Positions 42,318 to 53,284 of a DNA stretch of 64,000 bases are shown in pieces (positions within the stretch are counted from its first letter, which is position 1; each line of letters starts with the position of its first letter). Below the pieces are notes generated by a model, which saw only the letters and a program-made list of their open reading frames with translations, made no database searches and was not told the origin of the DNA. The stretch spans positions 35,558 to 99,557 of the forward strand of contig JAXMFE010000012.1 in the NCBI GenBank assembly GCA_046347985.1. The letters run 5' to 3'. The DNA is from Burkholderiales bacterium (GTDB lineage Bacteria; Pseudomonadota; Gammaproteobacteria; Burkholderiales; Ga0077523). Made by a program: the position numbers and the translations under genes.

Positions 42318-43052
42318 CTACCTCAGCCAGATCAGCGCTGCCATCCGGCCGCTGATGCCGTCTCGCCGGTGGGAGAAGAATCGGTCGCTGTCCGTGTGGG
42401 TGCAGAAGCCGCCTCCGTGGACCCGCGTGATGCCGCATCCGCGCAAGCGCTGCCGGGCGAGTTCGTACAGGTCCGTGGTCCACTTGCCGCGATTCCCGGG
42501 GCGGAAGGCAGAGGCTGCGCCCTGGTCGCGTGAAACGAACGCCGAACGGACCTCGTCGCCCACTTCGAATGCCTCGGGACCGATCGCGGGACCCAACCAG
42601 GCCAGGATGCGTTCCGGAGGCGTGGACATCGCGCTCGCCGTGTTTTCGAGCACGCCTGCAGCGAGACCGCGCCAGCCCGCATGAGCGGCGGCGACGACGG
42701 CACCATCGTCGCTCGCAAGCAGGACCGGCAGGCAATCAGCCATCTGGATCGCGCAAACGATTCCCGCCGCACGGGTGAACGAGGCATCCGCTTCCGTGGT
42801 CTCCGAAGACCGTGCCGCGTCGACAACGGTCGAAGCATGCACCTGCGTCAGCCATCGGGGGGCATCCGGCAGCAGCCGGGTCAGCGACTCGCGATTGCTT
42901 GCGACCCGCGCCGGGTCATCACCGACACGGATGCCCAGGTTCAGGGTTGCATAGGGGCTTTCGCTGCAGCCACCGAGCCGTGTCGTGACGAGTGCGCGCA
43001 CGCGTGCGGGCGCCGGCCATTCCGGAATGATGCAGTCGCCGCGACTCAGCAT
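42318..43052 (-). CDS. pgeF: Peptidoglycan editing factor PgeF (YfiH/DUF152 laccase-domain protein)
   Basis: Start re-picked to ATG 43052 (MLSRGDCIIPEWPAP). Motifs TTRLGG, ADCLPVLL, AAHAGWRG and a C-terminal CTH...FFSHRRDG. Follows rluD as in E. coli. Confidence 0.85.
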   Translation of the reverse strand: MLSRGDCIIPEWPAPARVRALVTTRLGGCSESPYATLNLGIRVGDDPARVASNRESLTRLLPDAPRWLTQVHASTVVDAARSSETTEADASFTRAAGIVCAIQMADCLPVLLASDDGAVVAAAHAGWRGLAAGVLENTASAMSTPPERILAWLGPAIGPEAFEVGDEVRSAFVSRDQGAASAFRPGNRGKWTTDLYELARQRLRGCGITRVHGGGFCTHTDSDRFFSHRRDGISGRMAALIWLR

Positions 43053-44026
43053 GCGCGTTCCCTCAAGCGGTCGAGCAATCCTTCGAAATCGGGGGGCGGC
43101 GCAGCCGACCATTCCAGACGCTCGCCGGTCGCAGGATGATCGAAAGCCAACCGATGGGCATGGAGCGCCTGCCGCGAGAACTTTCCCACCGCCTCCGCCA
43201 GCCCGGGTGAGAGTCGTGCCGGGCCGTAGACGGGATCGCCGAGCAGCGGCAATCCCACGTGCGCCAGGTGAACCCGAATCTGATGCGTCCGCCCCGTGTC
43301 GAGGGCACATTCCACGAGCGTCCAGCCTTGGCCCCCGGCAATCGGTCTGACGTGGGTGCGGGCCGGTTTGCCGCTCTCGATGACCGTCATGCGAGTGCGC
43401 TGGGTCGGGTGCCTGCCGACGGGCGCCTCGACGGTCTGCGTCGCCGGAAGCCGGCCGGAGGCGATGGCGAGATAGATCCGGCGCACATCTCGCGCCTGAA
43501 TCTGTCGCGTCAGTGCCGTCTGGACGTGCAGTGACTTGGCGATGACCATGAGCCCGCTCGTGTCCTTGTCCAGGCGGTGGACGATTCCCGCACGGGGCAG
43601 ACCTGCGACAGACGGCGCGTGCGCGAGCAGGGCATTGAGAAGGGTGCCGGACCAGTTCCCGGCCGCCGGATGGACCACCAGACCGGCCGGCTTGTCGATG
43701 ACGATCAGATGCTCGTCCTCGAACACCACGCGCAGCGGAATGTCTTCGGGTTCGTGCGCCGTCTCGTCCGGCAACGGCGGTGGAGTCACCGAGACGTGTT
43801 CTCCCCCAGCGACCCGTCGGCTCGGCGGCACGCGTCCGCCGCCATCCACCCGGATGCGATCATCGCGCAGCCACTGCTGAAGTTGGGATCGGGAGAACTC
43901 GGGAAACATGCGGGCCAGGGCCTGGTCCAGGCGCAAGTCGATGCAGGATTCGGGGATGACAGCCTCACGCGAGTTCGCCGACGGGCGCGGGCTATAATCC
44001 GCTGTCCTTTCCGCAGTGATTCCCAT
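43046..44026 (-). CDS. rluD: 23S rRNA pseudouridine synthase RluD
   Basis: S4 domain (RLDQALARMFPEFSRSQLQQWL), catalytic HRLDKDTSGLMV, 326 aa from ATG 44026. No alternative start codon lies between that ATG and the conserved S4 region. Confidence 0.9.
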   Translation of the reverse strand: MGITAERTADYSPRPSANSREAVIPESCIDLRLDQALARMFPEFSRSQLQQWLRDDRIRVDGGGRVPPSRRVAGGEHVSVTPPPLPDETAHEPEDIPLRVVFEDEHLIVIDKPAGLVVHPAAGNWSGTLLNALLAHAPSVAGLPRAGIVHRLDKDTSGLMVIAKSLHVQTALTRQIQARDVRRIYLAIASGRLPATQTVEAPVGRHPTQRTRMTVIESGKPARTHVRPIAGGQGWTLVECALDTGRTHQIRVHLAHVGLPLLGDPVYGPARLSPGLAEAVGKFSRQALHAHRLAFDHPATGERLEWSAAPPPDFEGLLDRLRERAC

Positions 44027-44789
44027 GACACGAAGTGTAGCCGTATTGATCCTCGCCCTCGTGCTGCAGGCGTGTGGCGGCAGTTCCAAGCCCGCCAAGG
44101 ATGTCTCCAGAGGATGGTCCGTCGAGAAACTGTACGCCGCCGCCAAGACCGAACTGGGCGCCGGCAACTACAAGAAGGCCGTGAGCTACTACGAGAAGCT
44201 GTCGGCCCGCTACCCTTACGGCAAGCTCGCGCAGCAATCGCAGTTGGAGGTGGCCTACGCCTACTTCAAGGACAACGAGCGGGCGTCCGCGGTCGCGGCG
44301 TGCGAACGGTTCATCAAGCTCTATCCGACCCATCCCAATGTCGACTACGCGTACTACCTGAAGGGCCTCGTGACCTTCAACGAGGATCTCGGCATCCTCG
44401 GCAAGATTTCGAATCAGGATCCCTCGGAGCGCGACCCGCAGGCGATGCGCGACTCGTTCGATTCCCTGCAGGAACTGGTGGCGCGATTTCCGGAGAGCAA
44501 GTACGCGCCGGACGCGGTCAAACGCATGCGCTACCTGATCAATGCCCTGGCGTCATCCGAAGTGAACATCGCCGAGTTCTACCTGCGCCGGCGCGCGTAC
44601 GTGGCGGCTGTCAACCGGGCCCAGTACGCCATCACCAACTACCCGCAGGCGACGTCGCTGGAACGGGCATTCGTCGTGCTCATCGAGGCCTACCAGGCGA
44701 TGGGTCTGACCGATCTGCAGCGCGACGCCGAACGGCTGCTGAAACTCAACTTCCCGGACAGCGGCAAGCTCGTCAAGGCATCGGGCTAG
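44025..44789 (+). CDS. bamD: Outer membrane protein assembly factor BamD
   Basis: Lipoprotein signal MTRSVAVLILALVLQAC. TPR-like BamD core (YEKLSARYPYGKLAQQSQLEVAYAYFK...). Divergent from rluD as in E. coli. Confidence 0.9.
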   Translation: MTRSVAVLILALVLQACGGSSKPAKDVSRGWSVEKLYAAAKTELGAGNYKKAVSYYEKLSARYPYGKLAQQSQLEVAYAYFKDNERASAVAACERFIKLYPTHPNVDYAYYLKGLVTFNEDLGILGKISNQDPSERDPQAMRDSFDSLQELVARFPESKYAPDAVKRMRYLINALASSEVNIAEFYLRRRAYVAAVNRAQYAITNYPQATSLERAFVVLIEAYQAMGLTDLQRDAERLLKLNFPDSGKLVKASG

Positions 44790-44808
44790 CCAGCGGGATC
44801 GGTTGCCG

Positions 44809-46650
44809 TCAGGCCCGAGGTTCCTTGATCAGCACCACCCGGTTGCGGCCGGCACGCTTGGCTTCGTAGAGCGCGCGGTCGGCGGCCAGGACCAGTTCTC
44901 GTGCCGACGTCGGCCCGACCATCGCCGCGACGCCCACGCTGAACGTCACCGTCAGCGCAGCGTCGTCCGTGTCGTGCTCTATCCGCGAGAAGTCGGCGCA
45001 GAGCTTCTCCATCACCGCGAGCGCGGAAGGCCCGTCGGTATCGGTCAGAACCACGGCGAATTCCTCACCGCCGTAGCGGCCCACGATATCGCTCTTGCGC
45101 AGCTGCTGACGGAGGAATCGCGCGAGATTCTTCAGGATGCGATCTCCAACCGGGTGGCCGAACTGGTCATTGACCGATTTGAAGTGGTCGATGTCGATCA
45201 TCGCGAACGACAGCGGGTGCGACTGGCGCAAGGCGCGCAGCACTTCGATTTCGAGGTACTGCTGCAGGCGGGAATGGTTCAGCAGTCCGGTGAGGCTGTC
45301 ATGCTGCATCAGGCTCGACAGCGTGCGGTAGCGTTCGACCCGTGCGATGACGGTCGAGATCAGTTGCGACGCCTGCAGCGGTAGAGGCAGCAGGGCGTCG
45401 CCCCCCACGTTCATCAAACCGATCTGACGGTCGAGATTCCATTGCTCCGACAGAAACACCACCGGCAGGCTCACGTAGGACGGGATCTGGTGCACCACCT
45501 GCGCGAGCTCGTCGCCGCCGCACTGGGGCAGTTTCAGGGCGATCAGGAGCAGTTCGGAATTGAAGTCCCCCAGCGAAGACACCAGATCCGTCGGGTCACG
45601 CACCAGCGCGACGTCCATACCGACTTCGTGGAGGATCGCGCGGCACAGGTCGGCGCGATCGTGATCACTGTCTACGATCATCACGCGATAGGGCTCGGGC
45701 GTGTCGCGCGTGGCGAGGTTGTCGAGCTTGTCGACCAGTTCGGCGACGCGAACGGGCTTGAGGAAGTACGCCATCGCGCCGGCTCGGACGCTCTCCAGAC
45801 GGGCCTGTACGTCCGACCGGTTCGACAGGAACAGCAAGGGCACGCGTGACAGGGCCGAATTGCCGAGCGACGCCAGGGCCTGCGCTGCGTAGAAGCCGTC
45901 GCCCGCCAGATCCACGTCCACCAACATCGCATAGGGTGCCCGCTCGGAAAGTGCCGAGATGAGTTCTTCGTGTGTGCCCACGACCCGAGTGGCGTAGCCG
46001 AAGCGTCCCAGCTGCATCGAGAGCGACGCTGCCGACTGGGTGTCGTTCTCGAGGAGGTAGAGCACGCGCGGTTCCTGGGGTGGGAGCAACGTGCCAGCCG
46101 GCAATTCGTGAGAATGGGCTGCCGAACCGTTCGAGCGACTCTCACGCGGCGATGCGGGAGGTGTCGCCGCGGGCGGCGGTTGGAGATCGGACTCCGCCGC
46201 CGCTATGTCTGCCTGGGGTGCGGTAGGGGACGAGGACTCGGTTTTCGTCGACGGGAGGTCGGTGATGGTCGCGACCGGTGGCGTCGCATGCGGGACTGCG
46301 CCGGCCTTCGCCTGAGCTAGCGCATCGGACGCCGAGTGCAGGTCCGCCAGGATCGATGCGATGCGAGCGCTGTCGTCGGCATCCGGTGTCGTGTGACGTG
46401 CGGCCACGCCGGCGAGGATGCGGGAAAGCTGGCGCGCCGGACCGGAAAACTGCGGCAGGCCCAGCATGCTCGAGGCCACGTCCAGTCCGTGGGCCAGGCG
46501 CTGAAGGGACAGGAGTCGGGCACGGTCACCGCCGGCTTCGACGGACGCATCCCAGAGGGCTTCGATCTCGGCGAGTTTCCTGGGCAGTTCCTGGGCATGC
46601 CGCTCGGCAAGTTCCTGGAGCGCTTTTCTGAAGACTTCCAGCGCATTCAT
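44809..46650 (-). CDS. Hpt-like / REC / REC / GGDEF diguanylate cyclase
   Basis: Start re-picked to ATG 46650. N-terminal Hpt-like helix bundle (LQRLAHGLDVASSMLGL), two receiver-like domains, and a C-terminal GGDEF domain with an intact RYGGEEF. Confidence 0.85.
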   Translation of the reverse strand: MNALEVFRKALQELAERHAQELPRKLAEIEALWDASVEAGGDRARLLSLQRLAHGLDVASSMLGLPQFSGPARQLSRILAGVAARHTTPDADDSARIASILADLHSASDALAQAKAGAVPHATPPVATITDLPSTKTESSSPTAPQADIAAAESDLQPPPAATPPASPRESRSNGSAAHSHELPAGTLLPPQEPRVLYLLENDTQSAASLSMQLGRFGYATRVVGTHEELISALSERAPYAMLVDVDLAGDGFYAAQALASLGNSALSRVPLLFLSNRSDVQARLESVRAGAMAYFLKPVRVAELVDKLDNLATRDTPEPYRVMIVDSDHDRADLCRAILHEVGMDVALVRDPTDLVSSLGDFNSELLLIALKLPQCGGDELAQVVHQIPSYVSLPVVFLSEQWNLDRQIGLMNVGGDALLPLPLQASQLISTVIARVERYRTLSSLMQHDSLTGLLNHSRLQQYLEIEVLRALRQSHPLSFAMIDIDHFKSVNDQFGHPVGDRILKNLARFLRQQLRKSDIVGRYGGEEFAVVLTDTDGPSALAVMEKLCADFSRIEHDTDDAALTVTFSVGVAAMVGPTSARELVLAADRALYEAKRAGRNRVVLIKEPRA

Positions 46651-46882
46651 CGCGGCAAAACCCGACAGCCTCTTGTCCGACCCTGATTCATCCCATCCCC
46701 ATGCACGAAACCTTCCAGAGCGGAATATTTCCACGTTGGACGTGGTTTTCCCCGTACTGGAGGGCTGGTTTTGAGGGAGATCCGGTTCGGGAGGGACCAT
46801 GTCCGCGTCCAGAGAAGCCTCGGGTGCCAAGATTTTCGACAGGGGCCGAGCGCCCGGAGCGAGATCGCGAGTTCTCGAGGGA

Positions 46883-47098
46883 TCAGGCGTCCGCGGTGCC
46901 GAAGCCGGCCTTCTCGATGGCGTCGCGAATCGACCTCACGCTGACCCGATCGGTATCGAAGGAGACCACGGCCTGCGCCTCGGCCAGCGAGACGTCGACC
47001 TTTCTGACGCCTGCGAGGCGCTCCACGACCCGGGTGACGCTGGCTACGCATCCCCCGCAGGTCATTCCGGTCACGGGGATCATTTGCGTCGTTTCCAT
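46883..47098 (-). CDS. copZ: Heavy-metal-associated copper chaperone (CopZ-like)
   Basis: 71 aa with GMTCGGC metal-binding motif and GGAGAA upstream. Confidence 0.85.
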   Translation of the reverse strand: METTQMIPVTGMTCGGCVASVTRVVERLAGVRKVDVSLAEAQAVVSFDTDRVSVRSIRDAIEKAGFGTADA

Positions 47099-47144
47099 GA
47101 AAGTTCTCCAGGACTTGACCTATGCCGACGGCGGGCCGGCGAGC

Positions 47145-49562
47145 CTACCCGATCTGTCGGGCCGGGCGCCAGCGACGCAGCGATAGTGCGTTGGCCACGA
47201 CGCATACGGAACTCGCGGCCATGGCCGCGCCGGCGAACACGGGGTTGAGCCACCCGGCCATCGCGAGCGGAACGCCGAGCACGTTGTAGAAGAAAGCGAA
47301 GAACAGGTTCTGCCGGATCTTGCGCATCGTGGCGCGCGACAGCTCGATGGCCGTGGCGACGGCCATCAGGTCATCCCGGGCGAGCGTGATGTCCGCCGTG
47401 TCGAGTGCGATGTCCGTCCCAGAACCGAGCGCAATCGAGACGTCCGCCGAGGCGAGGGCCGGTGCGTCGTTGATGCCGTCGCCCGCCATGGCGACCACTC
47501 GACCGGCCGCCCGCAGGTCATGTATCGCCTTCGCCTTGTCCTCGGGAAGCATTTCACCCCGCGCCACGGCAATTCCGAGCGCATGGGCCACGAAGCCGAC
47601 CGAACGCGCGTTGTCGCCGGACAGGAGCTGCGGTTCCAGGCCCAGGGAGCGAAGACGCGACACGGTGGCGGATGCCGTCTCGCGCAGGGCATCGCGGATG
47701 ACCAGCAGGCCCAGGAGCGCCCGGTCGCGCGACACACCGATCACGGTGGCGCCGGTCCCGGTGAGCGCATCGACGGTCGCGTCCGGGACCAACACGCCCG
47801 ATTCGGACAGGAAACGCATCGATCCCAGTCGCAGCGTCTCGTCAGCCAGGCGACCCTCCAGGCCGCGGCCCGACCGCTCGCGCAGCCCGGCGACAGCCAG
47901 CGGTGCGACGCCGCGTGCCTGGGCCCCGGAGAGGATCGCGCGACCGATGGGATGCGAGGATCCGAGCTCCAGTCCGGCAGCGACGCCCAGCACGTGTTCG
48001 ATCGGAACGTCCGGCGCCGGATGGATGTCGACGAGTTCCGGGACGCCACGCGTCAATGTGCCGGTCTTGTCGAATGCGAGGATGGTGACCCGTTCGGCCC
48101 GTTCCAGCGCCTCCGCATTGCGGACGAGCAGACCCAGTTGTGCCGCCCGTCCCGTGCCCACCACGACGGCGGCAGGGGTCGCCAGGCCGAGCGCACAGGG
48201 ACACGCGATCACGAGAACGGCAACCGCGTTCACGAGGCCGGTGACGGGCTCGCCGCCGAAGAACCCCCAGCCGGCCCAGGTCAGCACGGCCAGGATCACG
48301 ATGACCGGAACGAAGATCGACGAGATCCGGTCCGCGAGGCGCTGCACCGGCGCCTTCGAGCCCTGCGCCTCCTCGACCAGCCGGGCGATCCGCGCCACCC
48401 GTGTTGCGCCGCCGACCCCCGTCGCTTCGATCGACAGGCTGCCTTCGCCGTTGCGCGTGCCGGCGAACACCGCGTCTCCCGATCGCTTGCCGACGGGCAT
48501 CGACTCGCCGGTCAGCATGCTCTCGTCCACGGTGGATTCCCCCGACCGGACTCGACCGTCGACCGGGATGTTCTCGCCGGCACGCACGAGCACGCGATCG
48601 CCGGTATGGACCGCTTCCAGGGGGACTTCCCGAGGAACGTCGCCGTCGAGCACACGAACCGTGCGCGGCTGCAGCTGCAGCAATTGGCGAACGGCATCGG
48701 TCGTCCGCGTCTTGGCGCGCGTCTCCAGCCACTTGCCGAGGCGGACGAGCGTCACGACCATCGCCGAGGCCTCGAAATAGACGTGCAGGTCCGGGAGGCC
48801 CTCCAGCCACACGACGAGGCTGAACCCGTAGGCGATCGACGTGCCGAGCGACACGAGCACGTCCATGTTGGCGGCGCCGCCTCGCAAGGCGTGCCACGCG
48901 CCGACGTAGAACCGGCGTCCGATCCAGAACTGGATCGGCGTCGCGAGCACGGCCTGGAACCCGTGCGGCAGCCAATCGTGATGGCCGCCGCCCGCCATGA
49001 CCACCATCTGCGCCGCGAAGGGCAGGGCAAGGACGGCGGCCGCCACCAGTTCAAGGAAATCGCGCCGCTGCTCCCGTTCACGCCTCGCTCGATCGGCTTC
49101 GCGTGCCGCATCGGTGATCTCCGTGGCGTCGTACCCGGCGTCGCGGACGCATTCCACCAACGCCTCGACGGTCACCAAGCCGGGGGCGTAGGTCACGTGC
49201 GCCGTATCCGTGGCGAGATTCACCGATGCCCTGACGCCCTGCGTGCGATTGAGCGCTTGTTCCACACGGCCGGCACAGGTCGCGCAGGTCATGCCCTGGA
49301 TCGACAGCCGGGTCTCCCGGTCCCGCACCGTGTAGCCCGCATCCGCAATGGCGTCGCGCAGCGCCTCGGCCGTCGTGCGGGCGGCGTCGTATTCGAGATG
49401 GGCCCGCTCCGTGGCCAGATTGACCGACGCCCGTACGCCGGGCAGGCGGTTCAATGCGCGCTCCACGCGGGCGGCGCAGGCGGCGCAGGTCATCCCGCCC
49501 ACCGTCAGTTCCAATCGGGATGGCGACGCGTCGTTCATGAGAGCGGAGGATGGGGTCGGCAC
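47145..49562 (-). CDS. copA: Copper-translocating P1B-type ATPase
   Basis: 805 aa. Two N-terminal HMA domains ([24 protein letters not shown]), CPC motif ([11 protein letters not shown]), [15 protein letters not shown]. The GTG start at 49562 is preceded by GGAG. Confidence 0.95.
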   Translation of the reverse strand: MPTPSSALMNDASPSRLELTVGGMTCAACAARVERALNRLPGVRASVNLATERAHLEYDAARTTAEALRDAIADAGYTVRDRETRLSIQGMTCATCAGRVEQALNRTQGVRASVNLATDTAHVTYAPGLVTVEALVECVRDAGYDATEITDAAREADRARREREQRRDFLELVAAAVLALPFAAQMVVMAGGGHHDWLPHGFQAVLATPIQFWIGRRFYVGAWHALRGGAANMDVLVSLGTSIAYGFSLVVWLEGLPDLHVYFEASAMVVTLVRLGKWLETRAKTRTTDAVRQLLQLQPRTVRVLDGDVPREVPLEAVHTGDRVLVRAGENIPVDGRVRSGESTVDESMLTGESMPVGKRSGDAVFAGTRNGEGSLSIEATGVGGATRVARIARLVEEAQGSKAPVQRLADRISSIFVPVIVILAVLTWAGWGFFGGEPVTGLVNAVAVLVIACPCALGLATPAAVVVGTGRAAQLGLLVRNAEALERAERVTILAFDKTGTLTRGVPELVDIHPAPDVPIEHVLGVAAGLELGSSHPIGRAILSGAQARGVAPLAVAGLRERSGRGLEGRLADETLRLGSMRFLSESGVLVPDATVDALTGTGATVIGVSRDRALLGLLVIRDALRETASATVSRLRSLGLEPQLLSGDNARSVGFVAHALGIAVARGEMLPEDKAKAIHDLRAAGRVVAMAGDGINDAPALASADVSIALGSGTDIALDTADITLARDDLMAVATAIELSRATMRKIRQNLFFAFFYNVLGVPLAMAGWLNPVFAGAAMAASSVCVVANALSLRRWRPARQIG

Positions 49563-49625
49563 GGGAGCTCCACAAGATCCGGCAGACTAAACCCGGCGGC
49601 GCGCGCGGTCGTTAACGCCGAGGTC

Positions 49626-50330
49626 ATGCCCATGCTCGCGCCCTCCCTGCCGCCTGCCGATGGTTCGAACCGAACCCGTCTTCGTCTGACCGCGGTCGTC
49701 GCGGCCGTGTTCACGATGGGGGCGCTCGGAATCGGCCTGACCCTCACCCGGGTGCTGGAGCACGCCGGCCGCCGTGCCGAACCGATCCAGGTCGTCGGAT
49801 CGTTCGCGACTTTCGATGCGGCCCGGCTCGATGCTGCGGCGCTCGGCGCCTTCCTTCAGGATCATCGAACGGCCGCGCCGCCTCGAGCCCTCGTGGTGCA
49901 TTTCCGCGACCCGGGGTGCGAATGCTCGCGGCGTGCAGACCACCGTTTCCTCGCCCTGGCGCAGCGGCAATCGGGTCGCAACGTGCAGTTCGCCTTCTCC
50001 GATCCGCCCGGCGTCCACCACGAGCCGGAGCGCGGTCTGGATCGGCTCGCGCAGCTTCCACCGGGGCCGGCGGCCCGGCTGTGGCGGGATCTTCCGACGG
50101 CGCCGGCGATCGCCGTCTTCGACGGTTTCGGCAGGCCGCTCTATGTGGGTCCGTACGCTGATGGCAGGAATTGCAGCGCGGAACGGGGCGGCGCAGTCGA
50201 AGCGACCCTCGCGAGCCTCGATACCGACGGGGCCGCGACCACGGCGCCGCCGGTGCCGGACAAGCCGTGCACCTGCGGGCGAGCCCGTCGGACCGTGGCT
50301 GCCGGCAGAAGCGTCGCAGCGCTTCCGTAG
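49626..50330 (+). CDS. Membrane-anchored thioredoxin-fold-like protein with a CxC motif (resembles DUF6436); hypothetical
   Basis: Only the last 234 codons of the listed 936-aa ORF are credible, because the rest is antisense to copA. ATG 49626, one TM helix (LRLTAVVAAVFTMGALGIGLTL), HFRDPGCECS and AIAVFDGFGRPLYVGPY. High GC3. Confidence 0.5.
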   Translation: MPMLAPSLPPADGSNRTRLRLTAVVAAVFTMGALGIGLTLTRVLEHAGRRAEPIQVVGSFATFDAARLDAAALGAFLQDHRTAAPPRALVVHFRDPGCECSRRADHRFLALAQRQSGRNVQFAFSDPPGVHHEPERGLDRLAQLPPGPAARLWRDLPTAPAIAVFDGFGRPLYVGPYADGRNCSAERGGAVEATLASLDTDGAATTAPPVPDKPCTCGRARRTVAAGRSVAALP

Positions 50331-50355
50331 CCGCTGTGGTTGGCGGGGGCGTCCG

Positions 50356-52308
50356 CTACTTCGCCAGTTCCGGACGGTTCCGGAACAGATCGAGGGCTTC
50401 GGGATTCGCGAGCGCTTCGCGATTCTTCACCGGCCGGCCGTGGACGACGTCACGGACTGCGAGTTCGACGATCTTTCCGCTCTTCGTCCGGGGAATGTCG
50501 GTCACCGCGAGGATCTTGTCCGGCACATGTCGCGGCGTGGTGTTCGCCCGGATCTTCTCCTTGATGCGTTTGACGAGGACGTCGTCCAGTGCCTTGCCTT
50601 CCGCCAGGCGGACGAACAGCACGACGCGCACATCGTTGTTCCAGTCCTGGCCGATCACGAGGCTCTCGAGCACTTCGTCCAGTTGCTCCACCTGGCGGTA
50701 GATCTCGGCCGTCCCGATGCGCACGCCGCCGGGATTGAGCACGGCATCCGAACGCCCGTAGATGATGCAGGAGCCGTGAGACGTGATCTCCATGTAGTCG
50801 CCGTGGCACCACACGTTGGGGAAGCGCTCGAAATAGGCCGCGTGGTACTTGCGCCCGTCCGGGTCGTTCCAGAAGTAGATCGGCATCGACGGAAACGGGG
50901 CCGTGCAGACGAGTTCCCCCTTTTCGCCGATCACGGGACGGGCCTGATCGTCGTACACCTCGATCTTCATGCCGAGTCCCCGGCACTGGATCTCACCTCG
51001 CCACACGGGCACCCAGGGGCTGCCCAGGACGAAGCACGACACGATGTCGGTGCCGCCCGAGATCGACGACAGCAGCACGTCGGCCTTGATGTTCGCGTAG
51101 ACGTAGTCGAAACCCTCGGCCACCAGCGGACTGCCCGTCGAGGTGATCGTCTGCAGCGAGGACAGGTCGTGCGACTCGGCCGGCTTCAGCTTGAGCTTGT
51201 TGATGGCGTCGATGTACTTGGCCGACGTGCCGAACACCGTGACGCGCTCCTGCGCCGCAAAGTCCCACAGGGCGTTGGCGCCGGGATAGAACGGCGACCC
51301 GTCGTAGAGCAGCAGCGTCGCACCCGTCGCGAGACCGGACACGAGCCAGTTCCACATCATCCAGCCGCACGTCGTGAAGTAGAACAGCCGGTCGCCGCGC
51401 TTGAGGTCCGTCTGGAGCTGATGCTCCTTCAGGTGCTGCAGCAGCGTTCCGCCCTGACCGTGGACGATGCACTTCGGGACACCCGTGGTGCCCGACGAGT
51501 ACAGAATCGCGAGCGGGTGATCGAACGGCAGGCGCGCGAACGGAATGGTTCCGGCGGGGAAGGGGGCGACCGCATCGGCCAGGCGCTGAGCCTTCGTTAC
51601 GGCCGACACGTCCGGTTGCTCGTCGAGATACGAGATCACGAGGACGCGCTGCAGGTTCGGAATGGCCGGAACGATCTCGGCCAGCTTGCCGAGCACGTCG
51701 ATGCGCTTGCCGCCGTACCAGTAGCCGTCGACCGACAGCAGGACCCTGGGTTCGATCTGACCGAACCGGTCGAGCACGCCCTGCACGCCGAAGTCCGGAG
51801 AGCAGGACGACCAGATCGCCCCGAGGCTCGATGCGGCGAGCAGTCCGATGATGGCTTCCGGCATGTTCGACACGATGGCGGCGACCCGGTCGCCCGGGCC
51901 GACACCGTTGGCCTGCAGCGCTTGCGCCAGGCGGGACACCGCGTCGTGCAGTTCGGCGAACGTCAGCGTGCGCTTGACCTTGTTCTCGCCCCGGAACACG
52001 AGTGCCGGCGCGTCGTCCCGCCGGCGAAGGAGGTTCTCCGCAAAATTGAGTCGCGCATCCGGGAACCAGCGCGCGCCGGGCATCCGGTCTCCATCCGCCA
52101 GGACGCGCTCGCCCTTCGTTTCCGAGCGGACCTCGCAGAAGTCCCACAGCGCGCTCCAGAACTGTGCCGGCTCGCGCACCGACCAGGCGTAGAGACTGTC
52201 GTAGTCGTCGAACGCCTGGCCGGTCCTGTCGGCGACCAGACGGGCGAAGGCGGTGAGGTTCGCGCGAGCCTTGCGCTCGGGCGAGGGGGTCCAGAGAGGT
52301 GTTGTCAC
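50356..52308 (-). CDS. Acetoacetyl-CoA synthetase (AMP-forming acyl-CoA synthetase family)
   Basis: Start proposed at GTG 52308 ([21 protein letters not shown]) with GGAG 9 nt upstream, giving 650 aa. AMP-binding motifs ([13 protein letters not shown]..., [10 protein letters not shown]). Confidence 0.9.
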   Translation of the reverse strand: MTTPLWTPSPERKARANLTAFARLVADRTGQAFDDYDSLYAWSVREPAQFWSALWDFCEVRSETKGERVLADGDRMPGARWFPDARLNFAENLLRRRDDAPALVFRGENKVKRTLTFAELHDAVSRLAQALQANGVGPGDRVAAIVSNMPEAIIGLLAASSLGAIWSSCSPDFGVQGVLDRFGQIEPRVLLSVDGYWYGGKRIDVLGKLAEIVPAIPNLQRVLVISYLDEQPDVSAVTKAQRLADAVAPFPAGTIPFARLPFDHPLAILYSSGTTGVPKCIVHGQGGTLLQHLKEHQLQTDLKRGDRLFYFTTCGWMMWNWLVSGLATGATLLLYDGSPFYPGANALWDFAAQERVTVFGTSAKYIDAINKLKLKPAESHDLSSLQTITSTGSPLVAEGFDYVYANIKADVLLSSISGGTDIVSCFVLGSPWVPVWRGEIQCRGLGMKIEVYDDQARPVIGEKGELVCTAPFPSMPIYFWNDPDGRKYHAAYFERFPNVWCHGDYMEITSHGSCIIYGRSDAVLNPGGVRIGTAEIYRQVEQLDEVLESLVIGQDWNNDVRVVLFVRLAEGKALDDVLVKRIKEKIRANTTPRHVPDKILAVTDIPRTKSGKIVELAVRDVVHGRPVKNREALANPEALDLFRNRPELAK

Positions 52309-52565
52309 GAAAGGAAACTCCAGGGCTGCAGGATCCGGAAACGCGGTTCCGGAAGAATCGATGGCCGCCGCCCGCCCGAGGTCTCGGGAACGGCATGACC
52401 TTGACCGACGGAATGGTATCGCACGTGCCCACGAGGCCGAAGCGCGGGCGCCGATCGGAGCCGCGCCGATTGACCCGCTCGGGGCGCCGGCCCTAAGCTC
52501 GGGCCGAAGCCGCACCCCGGTCGTCGATGTCGATCCCGGCGAGATGCGGCACGGAGACCAGGAAA

Positions 52566-52769
52566 ATGAGAAGCGCGAATGCCGGGCGTCCCCCCCGGCC
52601 CGAAGATCTTTGCGAAACGCTGACCCGCATGCACACCGGGCTGAACGACGAACAGAGCCAGCAGGCCAATGCCCGCCTGATCCTGCTGCTCGCGAACCAC
52701 ATCGGGGATCCTCTGGTGATCCGCGAGGCGGTCCGCATCGCCCGCGACAGTCTGCCGACGGGCGTCTGA
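52566..52769 (+). CDS. Small DUF2783-like protein
   Basis: The C-terminal part ([38 protein letters not shown]) matches my recollection of DUF2783. The start (ATG 52566 or 52527) is uncertain. Confidence 0.5.
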   Translation: MRSANAGRPPRPEDLCETLTRMHTGLNDEQSQQANARLILLLANHIGDPLVIREAVRIARDSLPTGV

Positions 52770-52787
52770 CCGGAGCGCCCGCCCGCC

Positions 52788-53249
52788 GTGCTCGCCGCGA
52801 TCCGCCGGTTCGTCGAATGTCATCTGACCCCTGCCGGGACTGTCGCACGATCCGGTGACGCATTCCATCCGGTGCAGATTGCGGCGGCTGCGCTGCTCGT
52901 GGAGGTGATCGGCATCGACCGGGACATCAACGAGGCCGAACGGGCGTCGATCCTGGCGTCGGTCGGTGACAAGTTCGGCCTCACCCCGGACGAGGCCCGC
53001 GAACTCACGTCGCTGGCCGCCGAGGAAGCCCGCGATGCCACGGACTACTTCCAGTTCACGTCCGAGATCAACCGCCTCTTCACGCCCGAGCAGAAGGTCG
53101 CGCTGATCGAGCACATGTGGCGTGCCGCGCTCGCGGACGGCGTGCTGCACGATCATGAGCAGCATCTCGTCCGCAAGATCGCCGATCTCATCCACGTGGC
53201 GCACGGTGATTTCATCGCGGCCAAACGCCGGGCGCGCGGCACGGCCTGA
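52788..53249 (+). CDS. TerB-family (tellurite-resistance-like) protein
   Basis: 153 aa from a GTG start. TerB-like helical pattern ([23 protein letters not shown]...[30 protein letters not shown]). Confidence 0.7.
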   Translation: MLAAIRRFVECHLTPAGTVARSGDAFHPVQIAAAALLVEVIGIDRDINEAERASILASVGDKFGLTPDEARELTSLAAEEARDATDYFQFTSEINRLFTPEQKVALIEHMWRAALADGVLHDHEQHLVRKIADLIHVAHGDFIAAKRRARGTA

Positions 53250-53284
53250 GCCTCCGGCGCCGCCATTCCACCAGAGGTCTTCCC

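Noticed and set aside
47520-49625. N-terminal 700 codons of the 936-aa plus-strand ORF 47520-50330
   Set aside because: This part is antisense to copA and has junk-like composition. Only the last 234 codons, from ATG 49626 after the copA start, have a TM helix, sensible composition and their own context.
52305-53204. 299-aa minus-strand ORF spanning the DUF2783/TerB region, and the 835-aa extension of the acetoacetyl-CoA synthetase ORF to 52863
   Set aside because: The synthetase homology begins at GTG 52308, which has an RBS. The upstream extension and the overlapping ORF are low-complexity, Arg-rich sequence opposite better-supported plus-strand genes.
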